DNA of 64,000 nucleotides from Candidatus Babeliales bacterium (GTDB lineage Bacteria > Babelota > Babeliae > Babelales > UASB340), in contig JAGLWI010000003.1 of the NCBI GenBank assembly GCA_023133515.1, positions 12,265 to 76,264 on the forward strand. The letters run 5' to 3'. This document shows positions 39,314-48,512 of the stretch, one piece after another. Both the position numbers and the translations under genes were made by a program. The notes beneath the pieces were generated by a model that was given only the letters and a program-made list of their open reading frames with translations, ran no database searches and had not been told where the DNA came from. How positions within the stretch are numbered: position 1 is the first letter of the stretch; every line of letters starts with the position of its first letter.

Positions 39314-40457
39314 AAAAAGTTATTCATACGGTAAACAGTCAATAAGTTTTAAAGATATTTGGGAAGTAGTAAAAACTTTAAGATCAAATTGGTTAACGCA
39401 AGGGCCAAAAGTAAAAGAATTTGAACAGGCTTTATGTGATTATACAGGTGCAAAATATTGTGTTGTTGTATCAAATGGTACAGCAGCATTGCATCTTGCT
39501 GTTTTAAGTTTAGGAATTTCTAAAGGTGATGAAGTTATAACTTCACCAATTACTTTTTTGGCATCTTCTAATGCGATTTTATATTCAGGTGGAATTGTAA
39601 AGTTTGCAGATATAGATGAAAAAACTGCATGTATTGATCCAATTCAAATTGAAAAACAGATAATAGATAAAACAAAAGCAATTATGCCGATTCATTTTGC
39701 AGGACAATCTTGTGACATGGAAAAGATTTTTAATATTGCTAAAAATCATAATTTATTTGTTATAGAAGATGCAGCTCATGGTTTGGGATCAGAATATAAA
39801 GGATGTAAAGTTGGTTCTTGTAAATATTCTGATATTACAACTTTTTCTTTTCATCCTGTAAAAAATATAACAACTGGTGAAGGTGGAGCCATTACAACTA
39901 ACAATAAAGATATTTATGAAAAATTATTGATGCTTAGAGCTCATGGAATTACAAAAAACAAAAATCTGTTAACTAAGAATGATGGGCCTTGGTATTATGA
40001 ACAACATTATTTGGGATTTAACTATAGAATTACAGATATTCAATGTGCTCTTGGAATTTCTCAGTTAAAACGTCTTGATAAATTTATAAAACGAAGAAGA
40101 GATATTGTTGAAGTGTATAAAACAGAATTTGAAAATGATGATCGATTTTCATTGTTAGAGGAAAAAGAATATTCTAAAGCGGCTTTTCATATTTTTCCTG
40201 TTTTAATAAATTTTGAGAAAGTTAAAATTGGTAAAAAAGAATTGTTTGAAAATCTAAAAAAAGAAGGCTTGTTTTTGCAGGTACATTATATTCCAGTTTA
40301 CTTGCAACCATATTATAAAATGTTTGGTTTCAAAAATGGTGATTTTCCAAATTCAGAAGAGCATTATAAAAGAACTATTTCTTTACCTTTGTACATAGAA
40401 TTAAGAAAAAATGATCTAAAAAATATTGTTAAAATTATCAAAAAGATTGTAGTTTAA
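39303..40457 (+). CDS. pseC: UDP-4-amino-4,6-dideoxy-N-acetyl-beta-L-altrosamine transaminase (DegT family), PseC
   Basis: Motifs are YSYGKQSISFKDIWEVVKTLRSNWLTQGPKVKEFE and FSFHPVKNITTGEGG. It lies directly downstream of pseB. Confidence 0.85.
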   Translation: MNFKKSYSYGKQSISFKDIWEVVKTLRSNWLTQGPKVKEFEQALCDYTGAKYCVVVSNGTAALHLAVLSLGISKGDEVITSPITFLASSNAILYSGGIVKFADIDEKTACIDPIQIEKQIIDKTKAIMPIHFAGQSCDMEKIFNIAKNHNLFVIEDAAHGLGSEYKGCKVGSCKYSDITTFSFHPVKNITTGEGGAITTNNKDIYEKLLMLRAHGITKNKNLLTKNDGPWYYEQHYLGFNYRITDIQCALGISQLKRLDKFIKRRRDIVEVYKTEFENDDRFSLLEEKEYSKAAFHIFPVLINFEKVKIGKKELFENLKKEGLFLQVHYIPVYLQPYYKMFGFKNGDFPNSEEHYKRTISLPLYIELRKNDLKNIVKIIKKIVV

Positions 40458-41164
40458 TTATTTTTTATTGAAAACCAAGCTTTTGCCATTTCTAAATCTT
40501 CATAATTGTCTATATCTATAGCTGATTTCCAATCAATAGGAAAGAAGTTAGTTTGATTTGTATAAAAAGATTCTGATTTTTTGAGACTAGATACATTTGC
40601 AATCCAAATAGCCCCTGTTGGGTAATAAAGAGCTTCCAAATCTTGAGATCTTTTTTTTAAAGCTTCTGGAAAAATGTACTCTGCTTTAAAAGACTTGTTT
40701 ATTTTAAAAGACCACCATGGATTTATCCAACCAGTTTTAAAACAGCTTATTTGAAATTTAGCGTTAGCTTTTACAAAATTATTATATGAATTTATTATAT
40801 CTTCTTTATTCCTAAGTGGACAGTTGGGCATTAATTGAACCACGGTGGTATATTTTTTGTTTAGTAAGATTTCTATTTGTTCAATTGTATATAAAGTTGC
40901 TTGGCTAATTGATGAATGATCATCACAATACTTATCCCTTAAAAATGGAACATAGGCTCCAAAATTTTTAGCGATCTTTGCAATTTCATTATCGTCTGTG
41001 CTGACTAAAACATTATCAAAAATATTTGTTTTTATTGCAGCTTCAATGGTCCATGCAATCATTGGTTTTTCGTAGAAAACAATAATATTTTTTTTGGGAA
41101 TTCTTTTTGATCCACCTCTTGCTGGAATGATTGCTATGTTTTCTTTTTTTACCATACGGTCCAT
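40454..41164 (-). CDS. pseF: CMP-nonulosonic acid synthetase (pseudaminic acid cytidylyltransferase-like)
   Basis: IAIIPARGGSKRIPKKNI is the acylneuraminate cytidylyltransferase motif. It is 236 aa and sits in the pse neighbourhood. Confidence 0.7.
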   Translation of the reverse strand: MDRMVKKENIAIIPARGGSKRIPKKNIIVFYEKPMIAWTIEAAIKTNIFDNVLVSTDDNEIAKIAKNFGAYVPFLRDKYCDDHSSISQATLYTIEQIEILLNKKYTTVVQLMPNCPLRNKEDIINSYNNFVKANAKFQISCFKTGWINPWWSFKINKSFKAEYIFPEALKKRSQDLEALYYPTGAIWIANVSSLKKSESFYTNQTNFFPIDWKSAIDIDNYEDLEMAKAWFSIKNN

Positions 41165-41943
41165 CCTCCATCTACAACTAGATTATGTCCTGTAATATTT
41201 GATGAATTTGTTGATACCAAAAAATCTATTGATCCTATTACTTCATCTTGCTCTAACATTCTTTTTAAAGGACATAATTTTGAGTATTTTTTTATGAAAT
41301 TTTTGTTTGCTCTACCTTTTATTCCACCAAAAGATATTGAATTTACTTGTATGTTTTTATTAGAAAGACGTATTGCTAATTCTTTTGTAAGATGAATTTG
41401 TGCTGCTTTTGATACCCCATATTGAATTGGAGATTCGATTTTAGGATTTTTGTATATGCTAGGGTTTGGAGGAACTATTCCATAAATTGAACTTATGTTT
41501 ATTATGGATTTTAATTTTGAGTTTTTTTGATCTGTGAGTTTTATTGATAGTTCGTATGGAACTATTACATCTAATGTGAATTCTCCTAACCATTCTGGTC
41601 TTCTTGTAAATCCATCAATGTTAACTTTTAGATAGCTTAAACTTCTTGCACAGTTTATTAAATAATTAGGATATAGATTGTTTTTTTCTATGAATTTTAA
41701 AATTATTTCATAAGATTTATTTTTGGTTAGATCAATTGATATTCCTAAAATTTTATTATTTGTAAGCCGAAGCTTTGGCGAAGGCTTATTATAATTTTTG
41801 ATATTAATTTTTTTGATTAATTTTGTTATTTCATCATCGTTTTTTGTTGTAAAAATGACATTGTATTTTTTATAAAAAAAGTGTTCGACAAGCTTGCTTC
41901 CTACTGTTCCTGTTCCACCAGTTATGAGTATTGTTTTATTCAT
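41149..41943 (-). CDS. Short-chain dehydrogenase/reductase (SDR)
   Basis: Motifs are ILITGGTGTVGSKLV, YGVSKAAQIHLTKELA and a C-terminal ITGHNLVVDGGW. Confidence 0.8.
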   Translation of the reverse strand: MNKTILITGGTGTVGSKLVEHFFYKKYNVIFTTKNDDEITKLIKKINIKNYNKPSPKLRLTNNKILGISIDLTKNKSYEIILKFIEKNNLYPNYLINCARSLSYLKVNIDGFTRRPEWLGEFTLDVIVPYELSIKLTDQKNSKLKSIINISSIYGIVPPNPSIYKNPKIESPIQYGVSKAAQIHLTKELAIRLSNKNIQVNSISFGGIKGRANKNFIKKYSKLCPLKRMLEQDEVIGSIDFLVSTNSSNITGHNLVVDGGWTVW

Positions 41944-42853
41944 ATTTATTACCTAATTCTATCATTTTTATTGTTTTTAATACGAATTTTTTATTAATAG
42001 ATTTTTCTTTTTTTAATATTATGTTTATAAATTTTTGTAATGAATTTTTAAATGCATCAAAAGTATTTTTGAAAATTAATTCTTTATATCCATTTGTTCC
42101 AAAAAGTCTTATTATTATTGGAGTCTTAATTTTTCCTAGTGTAGAAAATGTAGTAATTAATCCACTTTTCCATAAAAAAGATACAGTTTTTTGATTTTTA
42201 TTTAGTATAATTTTTGTTGTTTTAATGGTATCTGTTTTTTGGATAATATTATAGGTTTCTATTATTTTTAAAACTGGCTCTATTATATGGATACTATATT
42301 TTTTCCAATCTTTCATTACGCAAGCATCTATATATTTTATTTTTCCTAATTTTTTTATTTCTTCCAGTGTTGGATTTAATTCTTTAGCAAAACTTAATGC
42401 TGAGCATGTAAATATTTGATTTTTAAATTTTTTTAAGGAAAATATTTTTTTTGCGATTATAACTTTTGTTGAAATTGGTTTATCTATATATATTGGTAAT
42501 TTTGCATTTATAAGTGGTTTGCTTATTTTATAATGATTTTCTGAATCATCTCTTGCAAGAAGAATAGCATCAACTTTACCAATTAGATCCTCATAGTGTG
42601 TGACTATATTTTCTATATTGCTTGCTTTAGCTATTTGTTCTGACAATGATTTTTTTTGAGTCCATATATGTGTAACCTTAGCATTTTGGATAGCGTCCTT
42701 TGGAAAATTTTGATTTGAAAGATATTTAGGAATACTCGGAAATGGACATTTTTCCATAAATTTGGCGTTGTAACCATTAAAAATAGCAGACCAAGAATAT
42801 GGATGGCCATTTCCTTCACTAAGTCCGATAATTCCTAACTTCAAAGTTTTCAT
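41936..42853 (-). CDS. Gfo/Idh/MocA-like oxidoreductase
   Basis: The N-terminal LKLGIIGLSEGNGHPYSWSAIFNGY and YIDKPIS are typical of this family. Confidence 0.6.
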   Translation of the reverse strand: MKTLKLGIIGLSEGNGHPYSWSAIFNGYNAKFMEKCPFPSIPKYLSNQNFPKDAIQNAKVTHIWTQKKSLSEQIAKASNIENIVTHYEDLIGKVDAILLARDDSENHYKISKPLINAKLPIYIDKPISTKVIIAKKIFSLKKFKNQIFTCSALSFAKELNPTLEEIKKLGKIKYIDACVMKDWKKYSIHIIEPVLKIIETYNIIQKTDTIKTTKIILNKNQKTVSFLWKSGLITTFSTLGKIKTPIIIRLFGTNGYKELIFKNTFDAFKNSLQKFINIILKKEKSINKKFVLKTIKMIELGNKYE

Positions 42854-43732
42854 TTAAAGTTTCCAGTTTGTTGGGTTTATTATTTGTTCATTAAAGCAAG
42901 CAAATTTTTTAAAATCAATTTTTTTTATTTTTTCTTTATAAGCATTGATGTTTTCAGTTAATTGTTGTTTGTTATTTATTCCAATTATAATGTAATCTAT
43001 TTCTTTTATTTTTTTTATAAAGCCTATTGCTGCTTGTAATGGAGTAATGTTATTGTATCTGATTTTGTTATGATATTCTTTTAATTTATTATAAATGGGT
43101 TTAAAAAAAGAAGGTATTTCATTGAGTGGCATTAAAAGCAAGCCCTGCAAAAAAATAGATCTAGCATGTATTTCAATTTTTGATTTTTTTAATTTTTTCA
43201 AATGCCCATCTATTAGTAACCGTTGATCTAATATGTTAATTGGAATCTGAATAATATCAAATTCAAATGAATCTAAAAGGCTGTCTATTTGGTGTGGAGA
43301 ATAAATTGAGAAGCCTATTTTTTTAACAAGAGACTCATTTTTTAGTTTTTTTAATTCTTTTAATAATAGTTCACCGTTTTTTAAAAAAAGATTATCTGTA
43401 TTGTGTATTAATATTCCATAAATAGATTTTTGGTTTAATTTTTTTAAAGATGTAGTTACAGTAGTCCTTAGTTGAATAATATCTTGAGAGGTAATTTCAG
43501 GGCCATTAAAATATGGAGTTTTAGTTATTATTTTAAATGAATTATCTTTGTTTAAACATTTTCCAAGAATTTCTTCGCTTTGGCCATATAAAGATGCTGT
43601 ATCTATTAGATTAATATTGTATTTTTTTGTTGTTTTTAAAATTTCTTTAATTTCTTTTAGAGATGTTTGTCCATGTTTGTTAGATATTCCATATGATAAA
43701 CCGAATTGTGCTGTTCCAATAGCTAATTTCAT
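42854..43732 (-). CDS. Aldo/keto reductase
   Basis: Motifs are MKLAIGTAQFGLSYGISNKHG, IDTASLYGQSEEILG and QIPINILDQR. Confidence 0.75.
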   Translation of the reverse strand: MKLAIGTAQFGLSYGISNKHGQTSLKEIKEILKTTKKYNINLIDTASLYGQSEEILGKCLNKDNSFKIITKTPYFNGPEITSQDIIQLRTTVTTSLKKLNQKSIYGILIHNTDNLFLKNGELLLKELKKLKNESLVKKIGFSIYSPHQIDSLLDSFEFDIIQIPINILDQRLLIDGHLKKLKKSKIEIHARSIFLQGLLLMPLNEIPSFFKPIYNKLKEYHNKIRYNNITPLQAAIGFIKKIKEIDYIIIGINNKQQLTENINAYKEKIKKIDFKKFACFNEQIINPTNWKL

Positions 43733-43818
43733 AATACTTTTATGTTAAAAGTTTTAATATTTATTTGTTTACTAATTTTATATTATGGACCAACCTAAAT
43801 ATAGGTCAATATAAGTTA

Positions 43819-44598
43819 ATGAAAGTAGTTATGTTTAAATACGGATTAAAACTTTGGTCAACAAATAAGAATTATATTAAAGATGCAATTAGCCTTTATG
43901 AAAATAATTTTTATGATTATATAGAACTTTTTTCTGTTCCAGATTCATTTAAGAATAATATTTCTTTGTGGAAAAATTTAAAAATTCCTTATGTAATTCA
44001 TGCCCCACATTCAGCAGTTGGTTTAAATTTTGCAAAGAAAGAATCTTTTAAAAAAAATTTAAAATTGGCATATGAGGCGAAGAGATTTGCTGATGAATTG
44101 AATTCAGATATAATAATTTTTCATCCAGGAATTGATGGTGATATAAATCAAACAGTTTTTCAGCTAAATAAAATTTTTGATGAGAGAATTGTGGTTGAAA
44201 ATAAACCATACTTTGGGTTAGTTGATGATCTTGTTTGTGTTGGAAATTCTCCAGAGCAAATAAATTTTATTATGGAAAAAACTGGTGTTGGGTTTTGTTT
44301 AGATATTGGGCATGCTATTTATTCTGCAAATGCTCAAAAAGTTGAGCCTTTTTCATATTTAAAAGAATTTGTTAAATTATCACCAAAGATTTTTCATTTA
44401 TGTGATGGAGATTTTAATGGAATTTATGATCAGCATAAGCATTTTGGAAAAGGTAATTTTAATTTTGAGAAGATTTTTAAAATTTTGCCAGAAAATGCTT
44501 ATATTTCTGTTGAGACAGAAAAAAGCTTTAAAGATAGTTTGAATGATTTTGAAGAAGATATAATTTATTTAATAAAATTTTATAAAGATGGTGTATGA
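43819..44598 (+). CDS. Xylose-isomerase-like TIM-barrel protein (sugar-phosphate isomerase/epimerase family)
   Basis: Motifs are YIELFS, IIFHPG, VENKPY, CLDIGHA and HLCDGD. The ATG at 43819 is preferred over the TTG at 43765. Confidence 0.6.
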   Translation: MKVVMFKYGLKLWSTNKNYIKDAISLYENNFYDYIELFSVPDSFKNNISLWKNLKIPYVIHAPHSAVGLNFAKKESFKKNLKLAYEAKRFADELNSDIIIFHPGIDGDINQTVFQLNKIFDERIVVENKPYFGLVDDLVCVGNSPEQINFIMEKTGVGFCLDIGHAIYSANAQKVEPFSYLKEFVKLSPKIFHLCDGDFNGIYDQHKHFGKGNFNFEKIFKILPENAYISVETEKSFKDSLNDFEEDIIYLIKFYKDGV

Positions 44599-45592
44599 AA
44601 TGGAAGTGAATGATATACGTCCTGATAATCTTATGAAGGAATCTAAAAGACTTCGCTTGAAGGATTTAGAAGATTTATTAAAAAATGAGAGTAGATTTAT
44701 AAAAGTGCCATGTCCAGCTTGTCAACTTAACGATTATTCTTTTTTATTTAGAAAGGAAGGATTTAATTTTGTTGGGTGTAATAAATGTGAAACAATTTTT
44801 ATTAATCCTAGGCCTACCTTTGATATGTTTATAAATTTTTATGAAACAGGAGAATATCTTAAATATTGGAATGAATTTATTTTTCCGGTTTCGGAAGAGT
44901 TTAGAAGAAGAAGTATTTTTATTCCAAGAGCTAAAAAAGTTTTTGAATTAGTTGTTAAGCATAAATGTAAAAATAGAATTATGTTAGATGTAGGAGCAGG
45001 GTTTGGAACTTTTTGTGAAGAGATAGAAAAGTTAAATTTATTTGATAAGGTTATAGCAGTTGAACCTTCTGCTGATCTTGCTAAAACGTGTGTATTAAAG
45101 GATTTAAATGTTATTCAAAAGCCAGTAGAAAAAGTTGAGATGGATGATGAAGTTGATGTTATTACAAATTTTGAGTTAATAGAACATCTTTTTTCTCCAA
45201 AAGATTTTTTATTTTCATGCAATAAAATTCTTAAAAAAGATGGATTATTAATATTAACTACTCCTAATATTAAAGGATTTGATATGTTAGTTTTAGGAGA
45301 AAAATCTGATGGGATTGTTGCTCCTGTTCATATTAATTATTTTAATATTGATTCATTAAGTTTATTATTAAAAAGCTGTGGGTTTAAAGTGCTAGAGGTT
45401 TTAACTCCTGGAAAACTAGATGCTAAAATAGTTAGAGATAAGATTATTAATAAAGAATTAGATGTTGATAAAAATCCTTTTTTTATGTATTTGTTTTTAG
45501 AAAAATGGGATGATTTGGGAAATTCTTTTCAGAAATTTTTATCGGATAATCTTCTGTCTTCTCATTTATGGATAGTAGCAAAAAAAGATTAG
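44588..45592 (+). CDS. Class I SAM-dependent methyltransferase with an N-terminal Cys4 zinc ribbon
   Basis: Cys motifs are CPACQ...CNKCE. Motif I is IMLDVGAGFGTFCEEI, followed by ITNFELIEHL. Confidence 0.75.
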   Translation: MVYEMEVNDIRPDNLMKESKRLRLKDLEDLLKNESRFIKVPCPACQLNDYSFLFRKEGFNFVGCNKCETIFINPRPTFDMFINFYETGEYLKYWNEFIFPVSEEFRRRSIFIPRAKKVFELVVKHKCKNRIMLDVGAGFGTFCEEIEKLNLFDKVIAVEPSADLAKTCVLKDLNVIQKPVEKVEMDDEVDVITNFELIEHLFSPKDFLFSCNKILKKDGLLILTTPNIKGFDMLVLGEKSDGIVAPVHINYFNIDSLSLLLKSCGFKVLEVLTPGKLDAKIVRDKIINKELDVDKNPFFMYLFLEKWDDLGNSFQKFLSDNLLSSHLWIVAKKD

Positions 45593-45593
45593 T

Positions 45594-46304
45594 ATGAATT
45601 TTAAAAGAAAAATTGTAATTGCTACAATAAGACCTTGGAATATTTCTAATGCTATTAAATTTAAAAAGAATTACAACAGTGAAAATAATATTTTTCTAAT
45701 TACTAAAAAAGAAAATTTATCTTTTGAAAAACTTAGAGAGATTAATCCTCGTTATATTTTTTTTCCTCATTGGTCTTGGATAATTCCTAGAGATATTCAT
45801 GAAAATTTTGAATGTATAGTTTTTCATATGACAGATTTGCCTTATGGAAGGGGGGGGAGTCCACTTCAAAATTTAATTTTGAATAAGATTTATGATACAA
45901 AAATTTCTGCTATCAAGGTTGTAGAAGAATTAGATGCTGGTAATATGTATTTAAAAGAAAATTTTTGTATAAAAAAGGGTAGTGCTCAAGAAATTTTTAC
46001 AAAACTTTCTGATATTATTTTTTTTAAAATGATTCCATATATTTTAAAGACAGATTTGGTTCCATCAAAACAAGAAGGAGAAGGCTCAATTTTTAGAAGA
46101 AGAAAACCAGCGGAAAGTAACATTGAAAGAGCAAATATTTTAAATTTAGATGATTTTTATGATTTTATTAGAATGTTAGATGCAGATGGTTATCCTAATG
46201 CTTTTTTAAAAATTAATAATTTTAAAGTAATATTTAATAATGTATCTAAAAAAAATGGTAAATTGGAAGGTCTTTTTCAAATAGAAAAGGTAAAAAATGA
46301 ATAA
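45594..46304 (+). CDS. Formyltransferase-family protein (Fmt/ArnA N-domain-like), putative sugar N-formyltransferase
   Basis: The motifs are FFPHWSWIIP and VFHMTDLPYGRGGSPLQNLI (Formyl_trans_N SLLP-x-x-RG-type motif). Confidence 0.65.
   Translation: MNFKRKIVIATIRPWNISNAIKFKKNYNSENNIFLITKKENLSFEKLREINPRYIFFPHWSWIIPRDIHENFECIVFHMTDLPYGRGGSPLQNLILNKIYDTKISAIKVVEELDAGNMYLKENFCIKKGSAQEIFTKLSDIIFFKMIPYILKTDLVPSKQEGEGSIFRRRKPAESNIERANILNLDDFYDFIRMLDADGYPNAFLKINNFKVIFNNVSKKNGKLEGLFQIEKVKNE
45850..45857 (+). repeat. G8 homopolymeric tract inside the formyltransferase CDS
   Basis: The sequence is gga agg ggg ggg agt (G-R-G-G-S). It is the longest G/C homopolymer I found in this very AT-rich window. 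Confidence 0.9.
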
Positions 46305-46983
46305 TAAATTAAAAAAAATATTTATATTTATTGTTTTGGGTACTGTTTCTTTTATTAAAATTAGTGGAATTTTAGGATCGACAAAGTTTTTCTTTTCTGG
46401 AGTTAACTTTTTTATTCCATTATTGGGAGCTTTTTTTGGAGGATTTGCTTCTTCTTTATTTATTATTAATTTTTTTGTTTATAAATTTATTTTTGGTAAA
46501 TCGATGTTTACTTTTGGAATTCCAACTTTATTTGCATCATTAGTTTGGGCTTTTTCGTTAAAAAATAAAAAAGAAAATTTAACAAGAATTTTAAATTTTT
46601 TGTTAAGTGTATTTTTACCTTTATTGTGTATGTTTTTATTTATTTTGCACCCAGTTGGAAAGTTGGCATTTGTTTATTCTTTTTATTGGTTTATTCCTGT
46701 TATTTTGTATTTTATTCAAAAATATAGAAAAACAGATTCTATTTTTATCATATCACTAACAAGTTCTTTTGTTGCTCATGCTATTGGTAGTGTTATTTGG
46801 CTTTATATTTTACCAACGACTCAGTATTATTGGATTTTGCTTATTCCGTGTGTTGCAGTTGAAAGATTAGTTTTTTCTTGTGGTATGGCTTTTTCTTATT
46901 TATTTATTAAAAAGTTTATTAATTATAAATATCCAGATAAGAATTTTATTTATGAGCCGAAGCCTACCAACTCTGCCATATAA
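46297..46983 (+). CDS. Polytopic membrane protein (6-7 TM), function unknown; possibly an ECF-type S component
   Basis: It overlaps the formyltransferase by 8 nt. It is hydrophobic throughout and has a conserved-looking AVERLVFSCG in the last helix. Confidence 0.55.
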   Translation: MNNKLKKIFIFIVLGTVSFIKISGILGSTKFFFSGVNFFIPLLGAFFGGFASSLFIINFFVYKFIFGKSMFTFGIPTLFASLVWAFSLKNKKENLTRILNFLLSVFLPLLCMFLFILHPVGKLAFVYSFYWFIPVILYFIQKYRKTDSIFIISLTSSFVAHAIGSVIWLYILPTTQYYWILLIPCVAVERLVFSCGMAFSYLFIKKFINYKYPDKNFIYEPKPTNSAI

Positions 46984-47016
46984 TAAACTAGCTTGTAATT
47001 GTTTTATTTTAGAAAA

Positions 47017-48438
47017 TTAATTTTTTTGTATTTTGTATGCTTTAATAATATTATTCATTAAACTTGCAATAGTCATAGGACCTACGCCTCCAGGAACAGG
47101 AGTTATTTTTGAAGCTTTTTGTTTAACTTCGTCAAACTTTACATCTCCAACTATTTTGTTTTTTAACCTTGATGTTCCAGCGTCAATAATTATTGCTCCT
47201 TTTTTGACGAAATCTTTTTTAATAAGATGAGCACATCCTGTAGCACTAATCAAAATGTCTGCTTTTTTTGTTTCTTTTTTTAGATCTTTAGTTTTTTTAT
47301 CACATACTTTAAATTTTAAATTTCTGTTTTTTAACATTATTGAAAGCGGTTTTCCTACTAATTGTCCATTTCCCACTAGGACAATATTTTTGTTTTTAAG
47401 AGAGATTTTATTTTTATCTAATAGAGTTAAAATTCCTTTTGGAGTACAACATTCAAATCCTGTTTTTTGTTTATAGATATTTTCTAAATTGACTTTAGTA
47501 AGACCATCTACATCTTTTTCTGGAGAAACTGTATTTAGAATTTTTGTTGTACTTAGATTTTTTGGTAATGGGAGTTGTATAAGAATTCCTGTGGTTTTAA
47601 TGTCTTTATTTAATAATTTTATTTTTTCTATAATTTTTTTTTCTATTGTATTTTTTTTAAATTTTATTAGTTCAAAGTTAATTTTTAATTTTATACATTC
47701 CGTTTTTTTTTTAGTTACATAAAGTAGAGATGCCGGATTGTTTCCAACTAGTATCACTGATAATTTTGCTTTTATATTTTCTTTTTTTATTTTTTCTTTT
47801 AATGTAAATAATATATTTTTTGCAAGTTTTGTTCCGTTTATTAAAATGGAGTCTTGTGTTTTAATTATCCTTTTTTCAGATATTATTATATCTATTTTAT
47901 GATCATGTTTTTCTGATTTTATCTTGTTTAGTATTTGAAAATCGTAGGCTAAACATATTGTTTTTATATTTGGATTTTTGTTTAAAAAACGATCATAATA
48001 TCCGCATCCTCTTCCTATTCTATTACCATGTTTATCTATTGCTATACATGGGAGTATCAAAATATCTAAATTTTTTTCATTTATTATAGAACATTTTTTT
48101 TTCGGTTCTTTAATTTTATACATTCCGATTTCTAAATCTTTTAAATTATTTATTTTTCTGAATTCAAGAGTAATATTTTTTATTTTTGGGAGGAAGACTT
48201 TTTTATTTGTTTTTAAAAGTTTGATTATTATATTTTTTGTATCAACCTCATTATCTTTAGAAAAATATATTCCTATATTTTTACTATTTTGAAAAATTTT
48301 AATGTTAAATAACTTTGTGTTTATTTTGTTGGATGTTTTTTTGAAATGTTCATTATTTAGCTTTTTTAATTTTATTAGGAAGTTCTTTCTTAATCTTTTT
48401 TTCAAAAAAATACTCTCAGTTTCAGAAATTTTATTCAC
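47017..48438 (-). CDS. folD: Fusion protein: 5-formyltetrahydrofolate cyclo-ligase (N-terminal) :: methylene-THF dehydrogenase/methenyl-THF cyclohydrolase FolD (C-terminal)
   Basis: The N-terminal half has EVDT and LILPCIAIDKHGNRIGRGCGYYDRFL. The C-terminal half has LSVILVGNNPASLLYV, ILIQLPLPKNL, PEKDVDGL, CCTPKG and PVPGGVGPMTIA. Confidence 0.85.
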   Translation of the reverse strand: MNKISETESIFLKKRLRKNFLIKLKKLNNEHFKKTSNKINTKLFNIKIFQNSKNIGIYFSKDNEVDTKNIIIKLLKTNKKVFLPKIKNITLEFRKINNLKDLEIGMYKIKEPKKKCSIINEKNLDILILPCIAIDKHGNRIGRGCGYYDRFLNKNPNIKTICLAYDFQILNKIKSEKHDHKIDIIISEKRIIKTQDSILINGTKLAKNILFTLKEKIKKENIKAKLSVILVGNNPASLLYVTKKKTECIKLKINFELIKFKKNTIEKKIIEKIKLLNKDIKTTGILIQLPLPKNLSTTKILNTVSPEKDVDGLTKVNLENIYKQKTGFECCTPKGILTLLDKNKISLKNKNIVLVGNGQLVGKPLSIMLKNRNLKFKVCDKKTKDLKKETKKADILISATGCAHLIKKDFVKKGAIIIDAGTSRLKNKIVGDVKFDEVKQKASKITPVPGGVGPMTIASLMNNIIKAYKIQKN

Positions 48439-48512
48439 TATTGATTACATAAAGATTATAATTGGTTTTGTTAAAAATAAAAGTTAGGGTACGATACAAA
48501 AAATTATATTTT

